Of a stretch of DNA of 56,014 nucleotides, positions 35,013 through 44,538 are shown piece by piece. The stretch comes from Candidatus Blautia pullicola (GTDB lineage: Bacteria > Bacillota > Clostridia > Lachnospirales > Lachnospiraceae): NCBI GenBank assembly GCA_019116635.1, contig DXBG01000030.1, positions 1 through 56,014 of the forward strand, written 5' to 3'. Each line of letters opens with the position of its first letter. The first letter of the stretch is position 1. Position numbers and translations under genes: made by a program. The notes beneath the pieces were generated by a model. It was not told where the DNA came from and did not search any database. It saw only the letters and a program-made list of their open reading frames with translations.

Positions 35013-37397
35013 ATGAGAGAAGAATTTTACAGGGATTTGCTAGAAAGCGGATGGATACACAAACCTCTTACCCTGAAAAAAGAAGCCAGCCTGGAAGAAG
35101 AAAGGCGTAAGCAGCAGGTAGTCAGAAGAAAGCCAATCTGGACAGGCTCCGGGGACGGATGCTTTCATTCCCGGGGGGAGGGGCAGTGCAGAATAAAAGA
35201 GGTAAAAGGGCAGGATTGTCTGGAAATGAGGGGGAAGCTGCGCCTGGGGTTCTGGCCACAGGGTATGCCCCAGGACGGTGACTGCGCTTATTATGGAGAT
35301 TTAAAGGCTGTTCTGGAGAGGAGCCGGGAGGATTGGAGGGATTATAACCGCCTGTCTTTTCTGGTGTATCCCAACTTTGAAGCCATGCATACCATAAGTC
35401 TGGCTGCCTGGGTAAAAAACCAGGGGAAGGAGAAGGTGCCGGATTCCTATAATAGGACAGGACAGCATATGTTGAGCCTGGAAAACAGGAAGTGGAATCA
35501 TTGTATCTGGGAATTTTCCTCTATGGACAGGGATTGTATTACGGAATTAGAATTCCGGTACCGGCTCAGCGGAAGCGACACTGGAATAGGAGAGGAAGCT
35601 GTTTTCTATATCAAAGAAATCTATCTGGAAAAAACAGAAAGAGAAGAAAAGCATACAGGATGGGACCTGGAAAAGGACAGTATCTGTTACGATACCTGCG
35701 GTTATCTGCCTGAGGAGGAGAAATATGCCCTTACGGACTGTGCAGAGGGAAGTTTTTTTGCAGTAGATGCAGAAAGCGGCGAAAAAATTCTGGAAGGAAA
35801 AATAGAGCCTTTGTACTGGAAGGAAATCAGATTTGGAAAATTGGATTTTTCCGGGCTGGGGGAAGGCTGGTACAGGCTTTACACAGATAAAGGTAAAAGC
35901 TCTGTGTTTCAGGTGGGAAGAGACTGGTTAGAGGAAATGCTATATAAAGGGCTGAATTTTATATTTTGTCAGCGCTGCGGGTATCCGGTACCGGGAAAAC
36001 ATGGATGCTGCCACACAGACTGCTATGGGGAGTACCGGGGGATGCGGATACCATACTGGGGAGGCTGGCATGATGCCGGAGATATGTCTCAGCAGACAGC
36101 CCAGACAGCAGAAACCTGCGAATCCCTGTTTTTAACTGCAGCACGGGTAAAGGAAAACCGTCCATTGTATGCAAGGCTTATGGAGGAAGCCTGCTGGGGC
36201 CTGTCCTTTTTGTTTCGGACCAGAGCCGGAGACGGTGTGCGGGCTACCAGCCTGGGGCTGATACGGTGGACGGACGGAATCCAGGGAAACCAGGACGATG
36301 CAGGGAATGTGCGGGTGAACCGTCATGCCCTGGATAATTTTATCTGTGCCTGTGCTTTTGCCGGGGCTTCCCGGGTTTTGAAAGATTATGACCCGGAGAC
36401 AGGAAGGGCGGCTCTTGCAGCAGCCCGGGAAGACTATGGCTTTGCCATGGAACAGTATAAAAAATACGGTTTTGAATTACCGGTGATGTGGGAACATACC
36501 TATGGAAGCAGCCAGGCTTTGTGCCGGGCCATAATCAGTAAATGTGCTGCTATGCTGTTCCTGGAGACAGGGGAGGAATGTTATAAGAAGGATGCAGCCT
36601 TTTGGGCCAGGGAACTTTTAAAATGTCAGGAAACCCAGGGAAAGATAAAGGGATTTTTCTACAGGGATGAGACTCATACCCATATCCAGCACTTTAATCA
36701 TCAGGCCAGAGAGCAATACTTTGCCCAGTGCCTTGTGCTGAACTGCCGGATTTTTAAAGGAGAGAAAGAAGAGGAAGTTTTCCGTCAGGCTTTGGAAGCC
36801 TATGGCTCTTATCTGGAATTTCTCATGGAAAAGGCCTCTCCATACGGTATGATGCCCAGCGGCCTTTACCGAGAGGATGAGGCCCGGCACAGAGAAATCT
36901 TTCAGAGAATGCACCTTCTCGTTCCCTATGAGGCATGCAGAGAGGATTATGTATGCCAGGTAAGACAGGGAGAAAAGCTGGAGGAAGGCCTGTTTCTCAG
37001 GCAGTTTCCCGTATGGTTTTCTTTCAGGGGAAATACCAATGTACAGCTTTCTATGGGAGATGGGGCCCTGACAGCGGGAAGATACCTGGGAAAAGAAAAA
37101 CTGATACAGGCCAGCGCAGAGCAGATACACTGGGTCAATGGCAGAAATCCCTTCCGCCAATCTCTGATGACGGGGAACGGAAAACGGTATGGCAGTTTGT
37201 ACGGGTTTTTTCCGGGGAACTGTACAGGCCAGCTTCCCGTGGGAATTCAAACTAAAAAAAATGAAGATACACCCTTTTGGCCGGCAGGTAATCAAGCTAC
37301 CCATAGAGAGGTTTGGACAAGCTGCACGATAAAAATGATGGATATTTGTGGAAAACTGATAGAAAAATATGATAAAAATGACAATGATTTATTTTGA
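35013..37397 (+). CDS. Glycoside hydrolase family 9-like protein (cytoplasmic)
   Basis: QRCG, GGWHDAGD catalytic-base motif, G.NP...S..TG.G, C-terminal REVW; no signal peptide. Confidence 0.75.
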   Translation: MREEFYRDLLESGWIHKPLTLKKEASLEEERRKQQVVRRKPIWTGSGDGCFHSRGEGQCRIKEVKGQDCLEMRGKLRLGFWPQGMPQDGDCAYYGDLKAVLERSREDWRDYNRLSFLVYPNFEAMHTISLAAWVKNQGKEKVPDSYNRTGQHMLSLENRKWNHCIWEFSSMDRDCITELEFRYRLSGSDTGIGEEAVFYIKEIYLEKTEREEKHTGWDLEKDSICYDTCGYLPEEEKYALTDCAEGSFFAVDAESGEKILEGKIEPLYWKEIRFGKLDFSGLGEGWYRLYTDKGKSSVFQVGRDWLEEMLYKGLNFIFCQRCGYPVPGKHGCCHTDCYGEYRGMRIPYWGGWHDAGDMSQQTAQTAETCESLFLTAARVKENRPLYARLMEEACWGLSFLFRTRAGDGVRATSLGLIRWTDGIQGNQDDAGNVRVNRHALDNFICACAFAGASRVLKDYDPETGRAALAAAREDYGFAMEQYKKYGFELPVMWEHTYGSSQALCRAIISKCAAMLFLETGEECYKKDAAFWARELLKCQETQGKIKGFFYRDETHTHIQHFNHQAREQYFAQCLVLNCRIFKGEKEEEVFRQALEAYGSYLEFLMEKASPYGMMPSGLYREDEARHREIFQRMHLLVPYEACREDYVCQVRQGEKLEEGLFLRQFPVWFSFRGNTNVQLSMGDGALTAGRYLGKEKLIQASAEQIHWVNGRNPFRQSLMTGNGKRYGSLYGFFPGNCTGQLPVGIQTKKNEDTPFWPAGNQATHREVWTSCTIKMMDICGKLIEKYDKNDNDLF

Positions 37398-37474
37398 AAA
37401 ACAAAAAGTCAGGTAAATAATGGATAAAACAAAAAAGAATATAAGATTAAAAGAAAAAAATAATACAAAAAAGG

Positions 37475-37514
37475 TTGAAATATAACAAAAAGTATGATAA
37501 TCTTGTAATTACAA
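37475..37514 (+). promoter_or_regulatory. SigmaA promoter and dyad upstream of the ABC/GH2 operon
   Basis: TTGAAA(37475)-17 bp-TAATCT with extended TG; palindrome TTGTAATTACAA at 37503-37514. Confidence 0.6.
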
Positions 37515-37566
37515 AAATAAAAACAGGTAAAAACAAACAAAAAGTAAGAAACAAGGAGGAAAACGA

Positions 37567-38892
37567 ATGAAAAGAAAGTTGATTGCAGGTTTCCTGGCTG
37601 CAGTGATGACACTGGGAACTCTGGCCGGATGCGGTGGTTCCAGCAGTGAAGGGGAAAAGACCACTTCTTCAGACAATGAGACACAGGAGGAAGCCTCCGG
37701 GGAGAAAGAAAAAATTGTTTTCTGGTATTCACACACCAGTGAGGAAGCAAAGGCTTTTGAAGCTGCCATTGCTGCCTTCAATGAAAGCCAGGATAAATAT
37801 GAGGTGGAAGGCCTGAGTGTTATGGATAAGCAGAAGATTATCGTAGCCCTGTCCGGAAGCGATGCTCCTGATGTTGTAGAGGTTTCTAACCAGGATATTA
37901 TTTCTTATGCAAACAGCGGTTTAGTGGAAGACCTGGACAGTATGGCTTCTGAGGATGGATACGATTTAGAGGGAACCTATGCAGGACAGGCTTTGGAATC
38001 CAACACAGTAGAAGATACTTTGTACGGACTGCCTTTTGCAGCACAGATTATCCAGATGTTCTACAACAAAGATATTCTGGAGGAAATCGGCTACACCGAA
38101 CCGCCTAAAACCATGGAAGAGTTATACGAAATGGCAGAAAAGGCAACTGAGGTAGATGCAGACGGAAATATCACCCGCCTGGGTTATCCGCTGTTCCCTC
38201 TGGCTTCTGCAAGACAGGAACTTATCTACTCCTTCGGCGGAAGATGGTGGTCTGAGGACGGCGAGACTCTTACACCGGACGACCCGCTGATTCTGGACAG
38301 CTTAAATATGAATATGCAGTTCCGTGAGAAATACGGAGTGGAAAAGGTACAGGCCTTTGTTGCATCTGCAAATACCAACCGTTATACAGAAAACGATATG
38401 TTCTTTGCCGGAAAACAGTTATTCCGTTTCGATGGTCCATGGCTGGCTACTATGGCTGCTGACTGGGGTCCTGATGTAAATTACGGAGTAGCTCTTACAC
38501 CGGGAACAGAAGCAAATCCTGACTTACAGGGTACCAGCCGTTACGAGACAAACAGCCTTGCAATCCCTGTTGTAGCAAACAATAAGGAAGGAGCTTGGGA
38601 ATTCGCTAAATTCTTTACAAACTCTGACTCTACAAAGGATACACTTATGGAAATCGGAAATCTGCCTACTCAGTTAAACCTGTATGAGGACGCTGATATT
38701 CTGGCCATGCCTAACTATGAGGTATTCATCGACGCTCTGAAGAAAGAGAATGGAGTACAGTATCCAAAGATTGCTGATTTGTCAAAATATACTTCTCTTA
38801 TAGAGGAATATTTAGACTATGTATATAACGGAATTAAGACGCCGGAAGATGCTATGGCAGAGTTGGCGGAACAGGCTAAGCTGCTGCAGTAA
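37567..38892 (+). CDS. Carbohydrate ABC transporter substrate-binding lipoprotein
   Basis: Signal peptide with LAGC lipobox; YGLP..MFYNKD, PKTMEE, GPW, AWEF motifs. Confidence 0.93.
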   Translation: MKRKLIAGFLAAVMTLGTLAGCGGSSSEGEKTTSSDNETQEEASGEKEKIVFWYSHTSEEAKAFEAAIAAFNESQDKYEVEGLSVMDKQKIIVALSGSDAPDVVEVSNQDIISYANSGLVEDLDSMASEDGYDLEGTYAGQALESNTVEDTLYGLPFAAQIIQMFYNKDILEEIGYTEPPKTMEELYEMAEKATEVDADGNITRLGYPLFPLASARQELIYSFGGRWWSEDGETLTPDDPLILDSLNMNMQFREKYGVEKVQAFVASANTNRYTENDMFFAGKQLFRFDGPWLATMAADWGPDVNYGVALTPGTEANPDLQGTSRYETNSLAIPVVANNKEGAWEFAKFFTNSDSTKDTLMEIGNLPTQLNLYEDADILAMPNYEVFIDALKKENGVQYPKIADLSKYTSLIEEYLDYVYNGIKTPEDAMAELAEQAKLLQ

Positions 38893-38940
38893 ACAAGAGA
38901 CAGATAACGCCTATGCTTACGGTGGATTGTAGCTGGTTAT

Positions 38941-39058
38941 TGTCTCGAAAGCGTGACCCCAGCAGTCTGCAGACAGCCCATGGGTTCCGGCTTTGAGACA
39001 GGACTAAAGAAAATATGCGGGGTATATATGAAAGGGTGCGAAATCCTTTCATATATAC
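38941..39058 (+). other. Intercistronic stem-loops after the binding-protein gene
   Basis: TGTCTC..GAGACA fold-back (38941-39000); GTATATATGAAAGG/CCTTTCATATATAC stem (39022-39058). Confidence 0.65.
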
Positions 39059-39080
39059 TCCATTTTTATGGAGGTACAAG

Positions 39081-40022
39081 ATGAAAAATAAAAGCGGAAG
39101 AAAGAGAAAATATTCCTGGAAGGATACCAGGAACGGTTTTCTTTTTGCACTGCCATGGATTATCGGATTTACATGTTTTAGCATTATCCCCCTGCTGACA
39201 TCTTTGTATTACAGCTTTACGGATTTTAATCCGGTAAAAGACCCGGTCTGGGTGGGGTTGGAAAACTTTAAGTATATTTTTCAGGACCCGCTGGTATTAA
39301 AGAGTCTGAAGAATACGTTGTTCATGGCCTTTGTGTCTACACCGGTCAACCTGTTTATTGCCTTGCTTCTGGCTACGCTGCTGAACCGGAAATTTAAAGG
39401 AAGAGGAGCAGCCAGAACCATCTTTTTCATGCCCTCAGTCATTCCTATGATTGCAGCTACCATGGTGTGGATTTGGATGTTTGACCCTACATATGGTTAC
39501 ATTAACCGGGTGCTGGAGATGTTCGGCATCGACGGCCCTTCCTGGCTTATGGACCCTTCCTATACCAAATGGGCACTGGTTCTTATGGGAACCTGGTGTA
39601 CCGGAACCACTATGCTGATTTGTCTTGCTGCTCTGCAGGATGTGCCTAAGAGCTATTATGAGGCGGCAGAGATTGACGGAGCCAATGCTGTGCAGAGATT
39701 CTTTAAAGTTACTCTCCCCTGCGTGGCTTCTGTACTGGTATATCAGGCTATCCTGAATATTATCAATGCCTTCCAGTATTTTACACAGGTTTATGTTATC
39801 ATCAACGCCAGTTCCGGAGGCGGTGCCAGCAATGCAGGCGGCGGGCCGGCCAATTCTATCTTGATGTATCCGCTGTATTTGTTTAACACCGCATTCTCTT
39901 ACATGAAGATGGGAAGAGCTTCTGCCATGGCCTGGCTGTTGTTTATTGTAGTTAGTATTATGACCTTTATCATGATTAAAGTAACCAAGAAGGTTTCTGA
40001 GAACGGAGCAGGAGATGAATAA
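39081..40022 (+). CDS. Carbohydrate ABC transporter permease 1
   Basis: PWIIGF, VGLENF, YYEAAEIDGA motifs; ATG at 39081 behind GGAGG. Confidence 0.93.
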   Translation: MKNKSGRKRKYSWKDTRNGFLFALPWIIGFTCFSIIPLLTSLYYSFTDFNPVKDPVWVGLENFKYIFQDPLVLKSLKNTLFMAFVSTPVNLFIALLLATLLNRKFKGRGAARTIFFMPSVIPMIAATMVWIWMFDPTYGYINRVLEMFGIDGPSWLMDPSYTKWALVLMGTWCTGTTMLICLAALQDVPKSYYEAAEIDGANAVQRFFKVTLPCVASVLVYQAILNIINAFQYFTQVYVIINASSGGGASNAGGGPANSILMYPLYLFNTAFSYMKMGRASAMAWLLFIVVSIMTFIMIKVTKKVSENGAGDE

Positions 40023-40869
40023 TATGAAGAAATCAAAAGCCTATTATATAAAGAATTTAAAGAAGATTCCTGTCACCATCCTGATGATTATACTGTGCCT
40101 TATCTTTTTCTCTCCCTTTTTAGTTATGGTGACAACCTCTCTGAAGACAAACGCAGATGCATTTCAGCTTCCTGTAAAGCTGTTTCCAAGAGAAATTATC
40201 TGGGATAACTATCCGGAGGCAATGGAGAAAATTCCTTTCCTTCAGTATTTTAAGAATACCATTCTTATCACCGCATTCTCTGTGGCCGGACAGCTTTTGT
40301 CCACCCCTTTGATTGCCTATTCTCTGTCTAAGATAAAATGGAGAGGCTCGGCCATTATTTCCAGTCTGGTTATGGGAACTATGATGATTCCCTATACCGT
40401 AACCATGATTCCTCTTTACAGAATTTGGAATAACCTGGGGCTGACGAATACCTACCTACCTCTGATTATCCCGACTTTCTGCGGAAGTCCTTTCTATATT
40501 ATTATTGTGCGCCAGTTCTTTGCCGGCCTGCCAAACTCCCTGATGGAGGCGGCTAAGATAGACGGAGCCAGCGAATTTAAACGTTATGTCAGCATTGCCC
40601 TGCCTTTGTCTAAGCCGGCTTTGACTACAGTAGGTATTCAGGCTTTTATCAGTGCATGGTCTGACTATCTGGCACCATTGATTTATATCAATAAGACAGA
40701 AAAGCTGACGCTTTCCCTGGGTCTGCAGCAGTTTCTGGGTTCCTTCTCCACAGACTGGACCCATTTAATGGCAGCGGCTACTCTTTTTGTGATACCGGTT
40801 ATTGTTTTCTTCCTTATTTTCCAGAAGAACTTTGTAGAAGGAATTTCCACTTCCGGATTAAAGGCATAG
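40015..40869 (+). CDS. Carbohydrate ABC transporter permease 2
   Basis: MEAAKIDGASE, WSDYLAPL, FQKNFVEG motifs. Confidence 0.93.
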   Translation: MNNMKKSKAYYIKNLKKIPVTILMIILCLIFFSPFLVMVTTSLKTNADAFQLPVKLFPREIIWDNYPEAMEKIPFLQYFKNTILITAFSVAGQLLSTPLIAYSLSKIKWRGSAIISSLVMGTMMIPYTVTMIPLYRIWNNLGLTNTYLPLIIPTFCGSPFYIIIVRQFFAGLPNSLMEAAKIDGASEFKRYVSIALPLSKPALTTVGIQAFISAWSDYLAPLIYINKTEKLTLSLGLQQFLGSFSTDWTHLMAAATLFVIPVIVFFLIFQKNFVEGISTSGLKA

Positions 40870-40873
40870 AGGG

Positions 40874-43360
40874 ATGAAAAATATGACAAAAAACAGGTTA
40901 AACCTTAACGGAATATGGCAGCTTAGCAGTCCGGGGACAGAGGAAGTATATGAAGCTTCTGTTCCGGGAAGCGTGCTTGCCTGTATGCTGAAGGAACAAA
41001 AAACAGAGGACCCTTATTGGGGAACCAACGAATATCAGGTGCGGGAAATTTTTCGCAGGGATTTCCAATATTCCAGAGATTTTTCTCTGACTCCCAAGCT
41101 TCTGGAAGCCAGAGAACTGACCCTGGTATTTGAAGGCATAGATACTATAGGCGAAGTATATTTAAACGGACAGCTTTTGGGAAAGGTGAAGGACATGCAC
41201 CGTACCTGGCGCTTTGACGTGAAGCCCTTTTTAAAAGAGGAAAACCGTCTCACCGTGTATCTCCATTCTCCCATTGCGTATATTGAGGAGGCGGACAGGA
41301 ACAGTGATATTACTTACTGTTCTACCGGTTCTATGCCGGGAAACGGCTTTCTGAGAAAAGCCCACTATATGTTTGGCTGGGATTGGGGGCCTCAGCTTCC
41401 GGATATGGGAATTTTCCGGGATGTTTATCTGGAATACTGTCAGGAGGGAAAACTGGAGGATGTATATATCCGCCAGCATCACGGCCAGGGGCAGGTGAAG
41501 GTGGAGCTTCAGTATGAAAGGAAGCTTTATGGAGATGGAGAAGCCTGTATAGAGGTGGAAATCCTTGAACCGGAAGGCCGGATTTTTACCCAAAAGGAAA
41601 AAGCACAGGATAAAGGAAAGATAGAAATTTCCATACCAAATCCCCGGCTCTGGTGGCCAAACGGATATGGGGAGCAGCCTTTATATCAGGTGAAGGTAAA
41701 GCTTTCCGGGAACGAAAGGATTCTGGATGAAAAGGAATATACCATAGGCCTGCGGACCATTACCGTAAGCACGGAAAAGGATGCCTGGGGCAATGCGTTT
41801 GCTTTTGTGGTAAACGGACAGAAAATATTTGCCATGGGAGCCAATTATATTCCGGAGGACAATATTCTTTCCCGGCTTTCAAAAGAAAGAAGCATAAAGC
41901 TGATACAGGACTGTGCGGCAGCTAATTTTAACTGTATCCGTATCTGGGGCGGCGGTTATTATCCGGAAGATTATCTGTATGAAGCCTGTGACAGGTACGG
42001 AATCCTGGTATGGCAGGATTTGATGTATGCCTGCAATGTCTATGTTCTGGACCAGGAGTTTGAAGAGAATATTCTGGCAGAGACCAGAGATAATGTGAAG
42101 CGGTTAAGACACCATGCCTGCCTGGCCCTCTGGTGCGGCAATAATGAAATGGAGTGGCTGTGGGACGGAGGAGGAAGGCTGAAGGGGCATCATCCCAGAT
42201 ATAAGGCGGATTATATTAAGATTTTTGAAATGCTTCTTCCAAGAGAAACCAGAAAATATGATGACCAGACCTTTTACTGGCTGTCATCCCCTTCTTCCGG
42301 CGGCTCCTTTGACAATCCTAATGACTGGCAGAGAGGGGACAATCACTACTGGGATGTATGGCATTCCAATAAACCTTTTACAGAGTACAGAAATTATTAT
42401 TTCCGGTTCTGTTCTGAGTATGGATTCCAATCCTTCCCCCATAAGAAGACCATAGACAGCTTCTGCAGCAGGGAAGACCAGAATATATTCAGTGAAGTCA
42501 TGGAATCCCATCAAAAGAACGGACAGGCCAATGCCAAGATTTTTTCCTACATCTCAGGGTATTACAAATATCCCAAAGACATGGAAAGCATTGCCTATAT
42601 TTCACAGATTCTCCAGTTAAAGGCTATTCAGTATGGGGTTGAGCATTGGAGAAGAAACTGGGGCAGGTGTATGGGGTCCCTGTACTGGCAGCTCAATGAC
42701 TGCTGGCCGGTGGCGTCCTGGGCCAGTATTGATTATTACGGCCGGTGGAAGGCTCTTCACTACGGGGCCAAAAGATTTTACTCCAGATACATGGCCAGTG
42801 CCTGCGAGGAGGAAGAACTTAGTACAAAAATAACCTATTATGTTCACAATGAATCTTTTGAGCCTAAGGAAGGCACATTGGAGGTGTCGCTTATAGACAG
42901 AGATTTCCAGGTGCTTCACCAGGAGATTATAGAGGTAAACTCCGGGGCCTTTGAGACAAAACCAGTGCTGGAGACAGACTTTTCCCAGTGGATAGAGGGA
43001 GAAGAACAGAAAAGAAAGGTATTTGCCAGATACCGGCTTTTCCGGAATGGAGAGTGTGTCAGCACAGGCATTACCATGTTTGTAAAACCAAAATATTTTA
43101 AGTACCGGGTTCCGGAATACGAGACCCTGGTGGAGGAGAAGGAAGATAGGTTCCTGATTAGGGTAAAGGCCCATAGTTTTGCTAATTATGTGGAGCTGTA
43201 TCTGATAGAGGCGGACTGTGTATTCAGCGATAATTACTTTGACATAACAGACCCGGAAGGTATCCAGGTTTCTGTAGAGAAAGAAACTCTGCCTCAGGGC
43301 TTTGCCTGCAGTGACATAGAGGAACAGCTTCGGCTGAAAAGCGTGGCGGAAAGCTACTAG
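40874..43360 (+). CDS. Glycoside hydrolase family 2, beta-mannosidase-like
   Basis: RK..YMFGWDWGP, GANYIP, RIWGGG, WCGNNE (acid/base), SEYG (nucleophile), YWQLNDCWP. Confidence 0.9.
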   Translation: MKNMTKNRLNLNGIWQLSSPGTEEVYEASVPGSVLACMLKEQKTEDPYWGTNEYQVREIFRRDFQYSRDFSLTPKLLEARELTLVFEGIDTIGEVYLNGQLLGKVKDMHRTWRFDVKPFLKEENRLTVYLHSPIAYIEEADRNSDITYCSTGSMPGNGFLRKAHYMFGWDWGPQLPDMGIFRDVYLEYCQEGKLEDVYIRQHHGQGQVKVELQYERKLYGDGEACIEVEILEPEGRIFTQKEKAQDKGKIEISIPNPRLWWPNGYGEQPLYQVKVKLSGNERILDEKEYTIGLRTITVSTEKDAWGNAFAFVVNGQKIFAMGANYIPEDNILSRLSKERSIKLIQDCAAANFNCIRIWGGGYYPEDYLYEACDRYGILVWQDLMYACNVYVLDQEFEENILAETRDNVKRLRHHACLALWCGNNEMEWLWDGGGRLKGHHPRYKADYIKIFEMLLPRETRKYDDQTFYWLSSPSSGGSFDNPNDWQRGDNHYWDVWHSNKPFTEYRNYYFRFCSEYGFQSFPHKKTIDSFCSREDQNIFSEVMESHQKNGQANAKIFSYISGYYKYPKDMESIAYISQILQLKAIQYGVEHWRRNWGRCMGSLYWQLNDCWPVASWASIDYYGRWKALHYGAKRFYSRYMASACEEEELSTKITYYVHNESFEPKEGTLEVSLIDRDFQVLHQEIIEVNSGAFETKPVLETDFSQWIEGEEQKRKVFARYRLFRNGECVSTGITMFVKPKYFKYRVPEYETLVEEKEDRFLIRVKAHSFANYVELYLIEADCVFSDNYFDITDPEGIQVSVEKETLPQGFACSDIEEQLRLKSVAESY

Positions 43361-43392
43361 TGCAGCGGTTGTTCAGTACCCGCTGTACTGGT
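43356..43392 (+). other. Intercistronic hairpin without a U-tract
   Basis: ACTAGTGCAGCGG/CCGCTGTACTGGT 13-bp stem including 2 G-U pairs. Confidence 0.5.
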
Positions 43393-43407
43393 GCGTGAGG
43401 TGATAAA

Positions 43408-44523
43408 ATGAAGAAAGAATGGATAGAAAACTTAGAGACTCCGTGTATTGTCATTGACATGGAGAAGACGAAAAAAAACATCAGAGAAACCCAGGAGGAG
43501 ACTTCCAAATATGGCTGTAAATTAAGGCCTCATATTAAGACCCATAAGATGCCGCTGTTTGCCAGAATGCAGATTCAGGCAGGGGCCTGGGGAATCACCT
43601 GTGCCAAGGTGTCTGAGGCAGAAGTGATGATGGAGGGGGGAATAGAAGATATTTTTATTGCCTATCCTCTTGTGGGTGCGCCTAAAATCAAGAGGGCTAT
43701 TTCTCTTCATAAGAAGCTGAAACGGTTGATTCTGGCTGTGGACAGTATGGAATGTGCCCTTCCTCTGAACCAGGCGGCTAAAGAAGCAGGAATCTGTCTG
43801 GAAGTCAGGATGGAAGTAGACACCGGGGCTAAAAGGACCGGAGTAGTAAGGGAAAAGGCTGTGGAGCTGGCCAAAGAGCTGGACGGGCTTTCCAATCTGA
43901 AGCTGACGGGAATTTATACCTTTAAAAGTCTGGTATATCAGGATGAGCCTACCCAGGACAAGGTCATAGCAGCAGAAGAGGAAGGAAAGCTGATGGAAGA
44001 ACTGGCAGAAGCTATTCGGGAGGCGGGAGTCTCCATAGAGGAGGTCAGCGCCGGTTCTACTCCTACAGGACTGGAGGTAGCCAAAACCGGAAAGGTGACG
44101 GAAATTCGTCCTGGGACCTATATTTTCAAAGATTATATGCTCTGTAAGGAAGGTGCTGCAGTCTTTGAAGATATTGCGGTGCGGTATTATGCCACAGTGG
44201 TCAGTACCCCCTGTAAAGAATATGCCGTGATTGACGGAGGCACCAAGACCTTTCCCATGGATATTCTGCTGGATGCAGAACCCTATTATTATCCGGGCTA
44301 TGCCCTGGTGGAAGGAAATGAAGACCTGCAGCTTCGGAGAATGAATGAAGAGCATGGAATTCTTACCAGTAAAAAAGGAGATACGGGATTAAAAGTAGGG
44401 GATAAGGTGGTGCTGGTCCCCATTCATGTGTGTACGGCCATTAACATGCAGAATACAGTGTATATAGATTATGGAGACTGTTTGGAAAAAGAGACAGTCA
44501 AAGCCAGAGGAATGCTGGTGTAA
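43408..44523 (+). CDS. Fold-type III PLP enzyme, D-threonine aldolase / D-serine dehydratase-like
   Basis: LRPHIKTHK (PLP lysine), SAGSTP, EIRPGTY, DGGTK, NEEHG, PIHVC metal ligands. Confidence 0.88.
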   Translation: MKKEWIENLETPCIVIDMEKTKKNIRETQEETSKYGCKLRPHIKTHKMPLFARMQIQAGAWGITCAKVSEAEVMMEGGIEDIFIAYPLVGAPKIKRAISLHKKLKRLILAVDSMECALPLNQAAKEAGICLEVRMEVDTGAKRTGVVREKAVELAKELDGLSNLKLTGIYTFKSLVYQDEPTQDKVIAAEEEGKLMEELAEAIREAGVSIEEVSAGSTPTGLEVAKTGKVTEIRPGTYIFKDYMLCKEGAAVFEDIAVRYYATVVSTPCKEYAVIDGGTKTFPMDILLDAEPYYYPGYALVEGNEDLQLRRMNEEHGILTSKKGDTGLKVGDKVVLVPIHVCTAINMQNTVYIDYGDCLEKETVKARGMLV

Positions 44524-44538
44524 CGCCGGAGGTAAAGT

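Noticed and set aside
43522-44355. 277-aa antisense ORF
   Set aside because: Lies wholly opposite the PLP enzyme; F/L/H-rich composition typical of an antisense frame.
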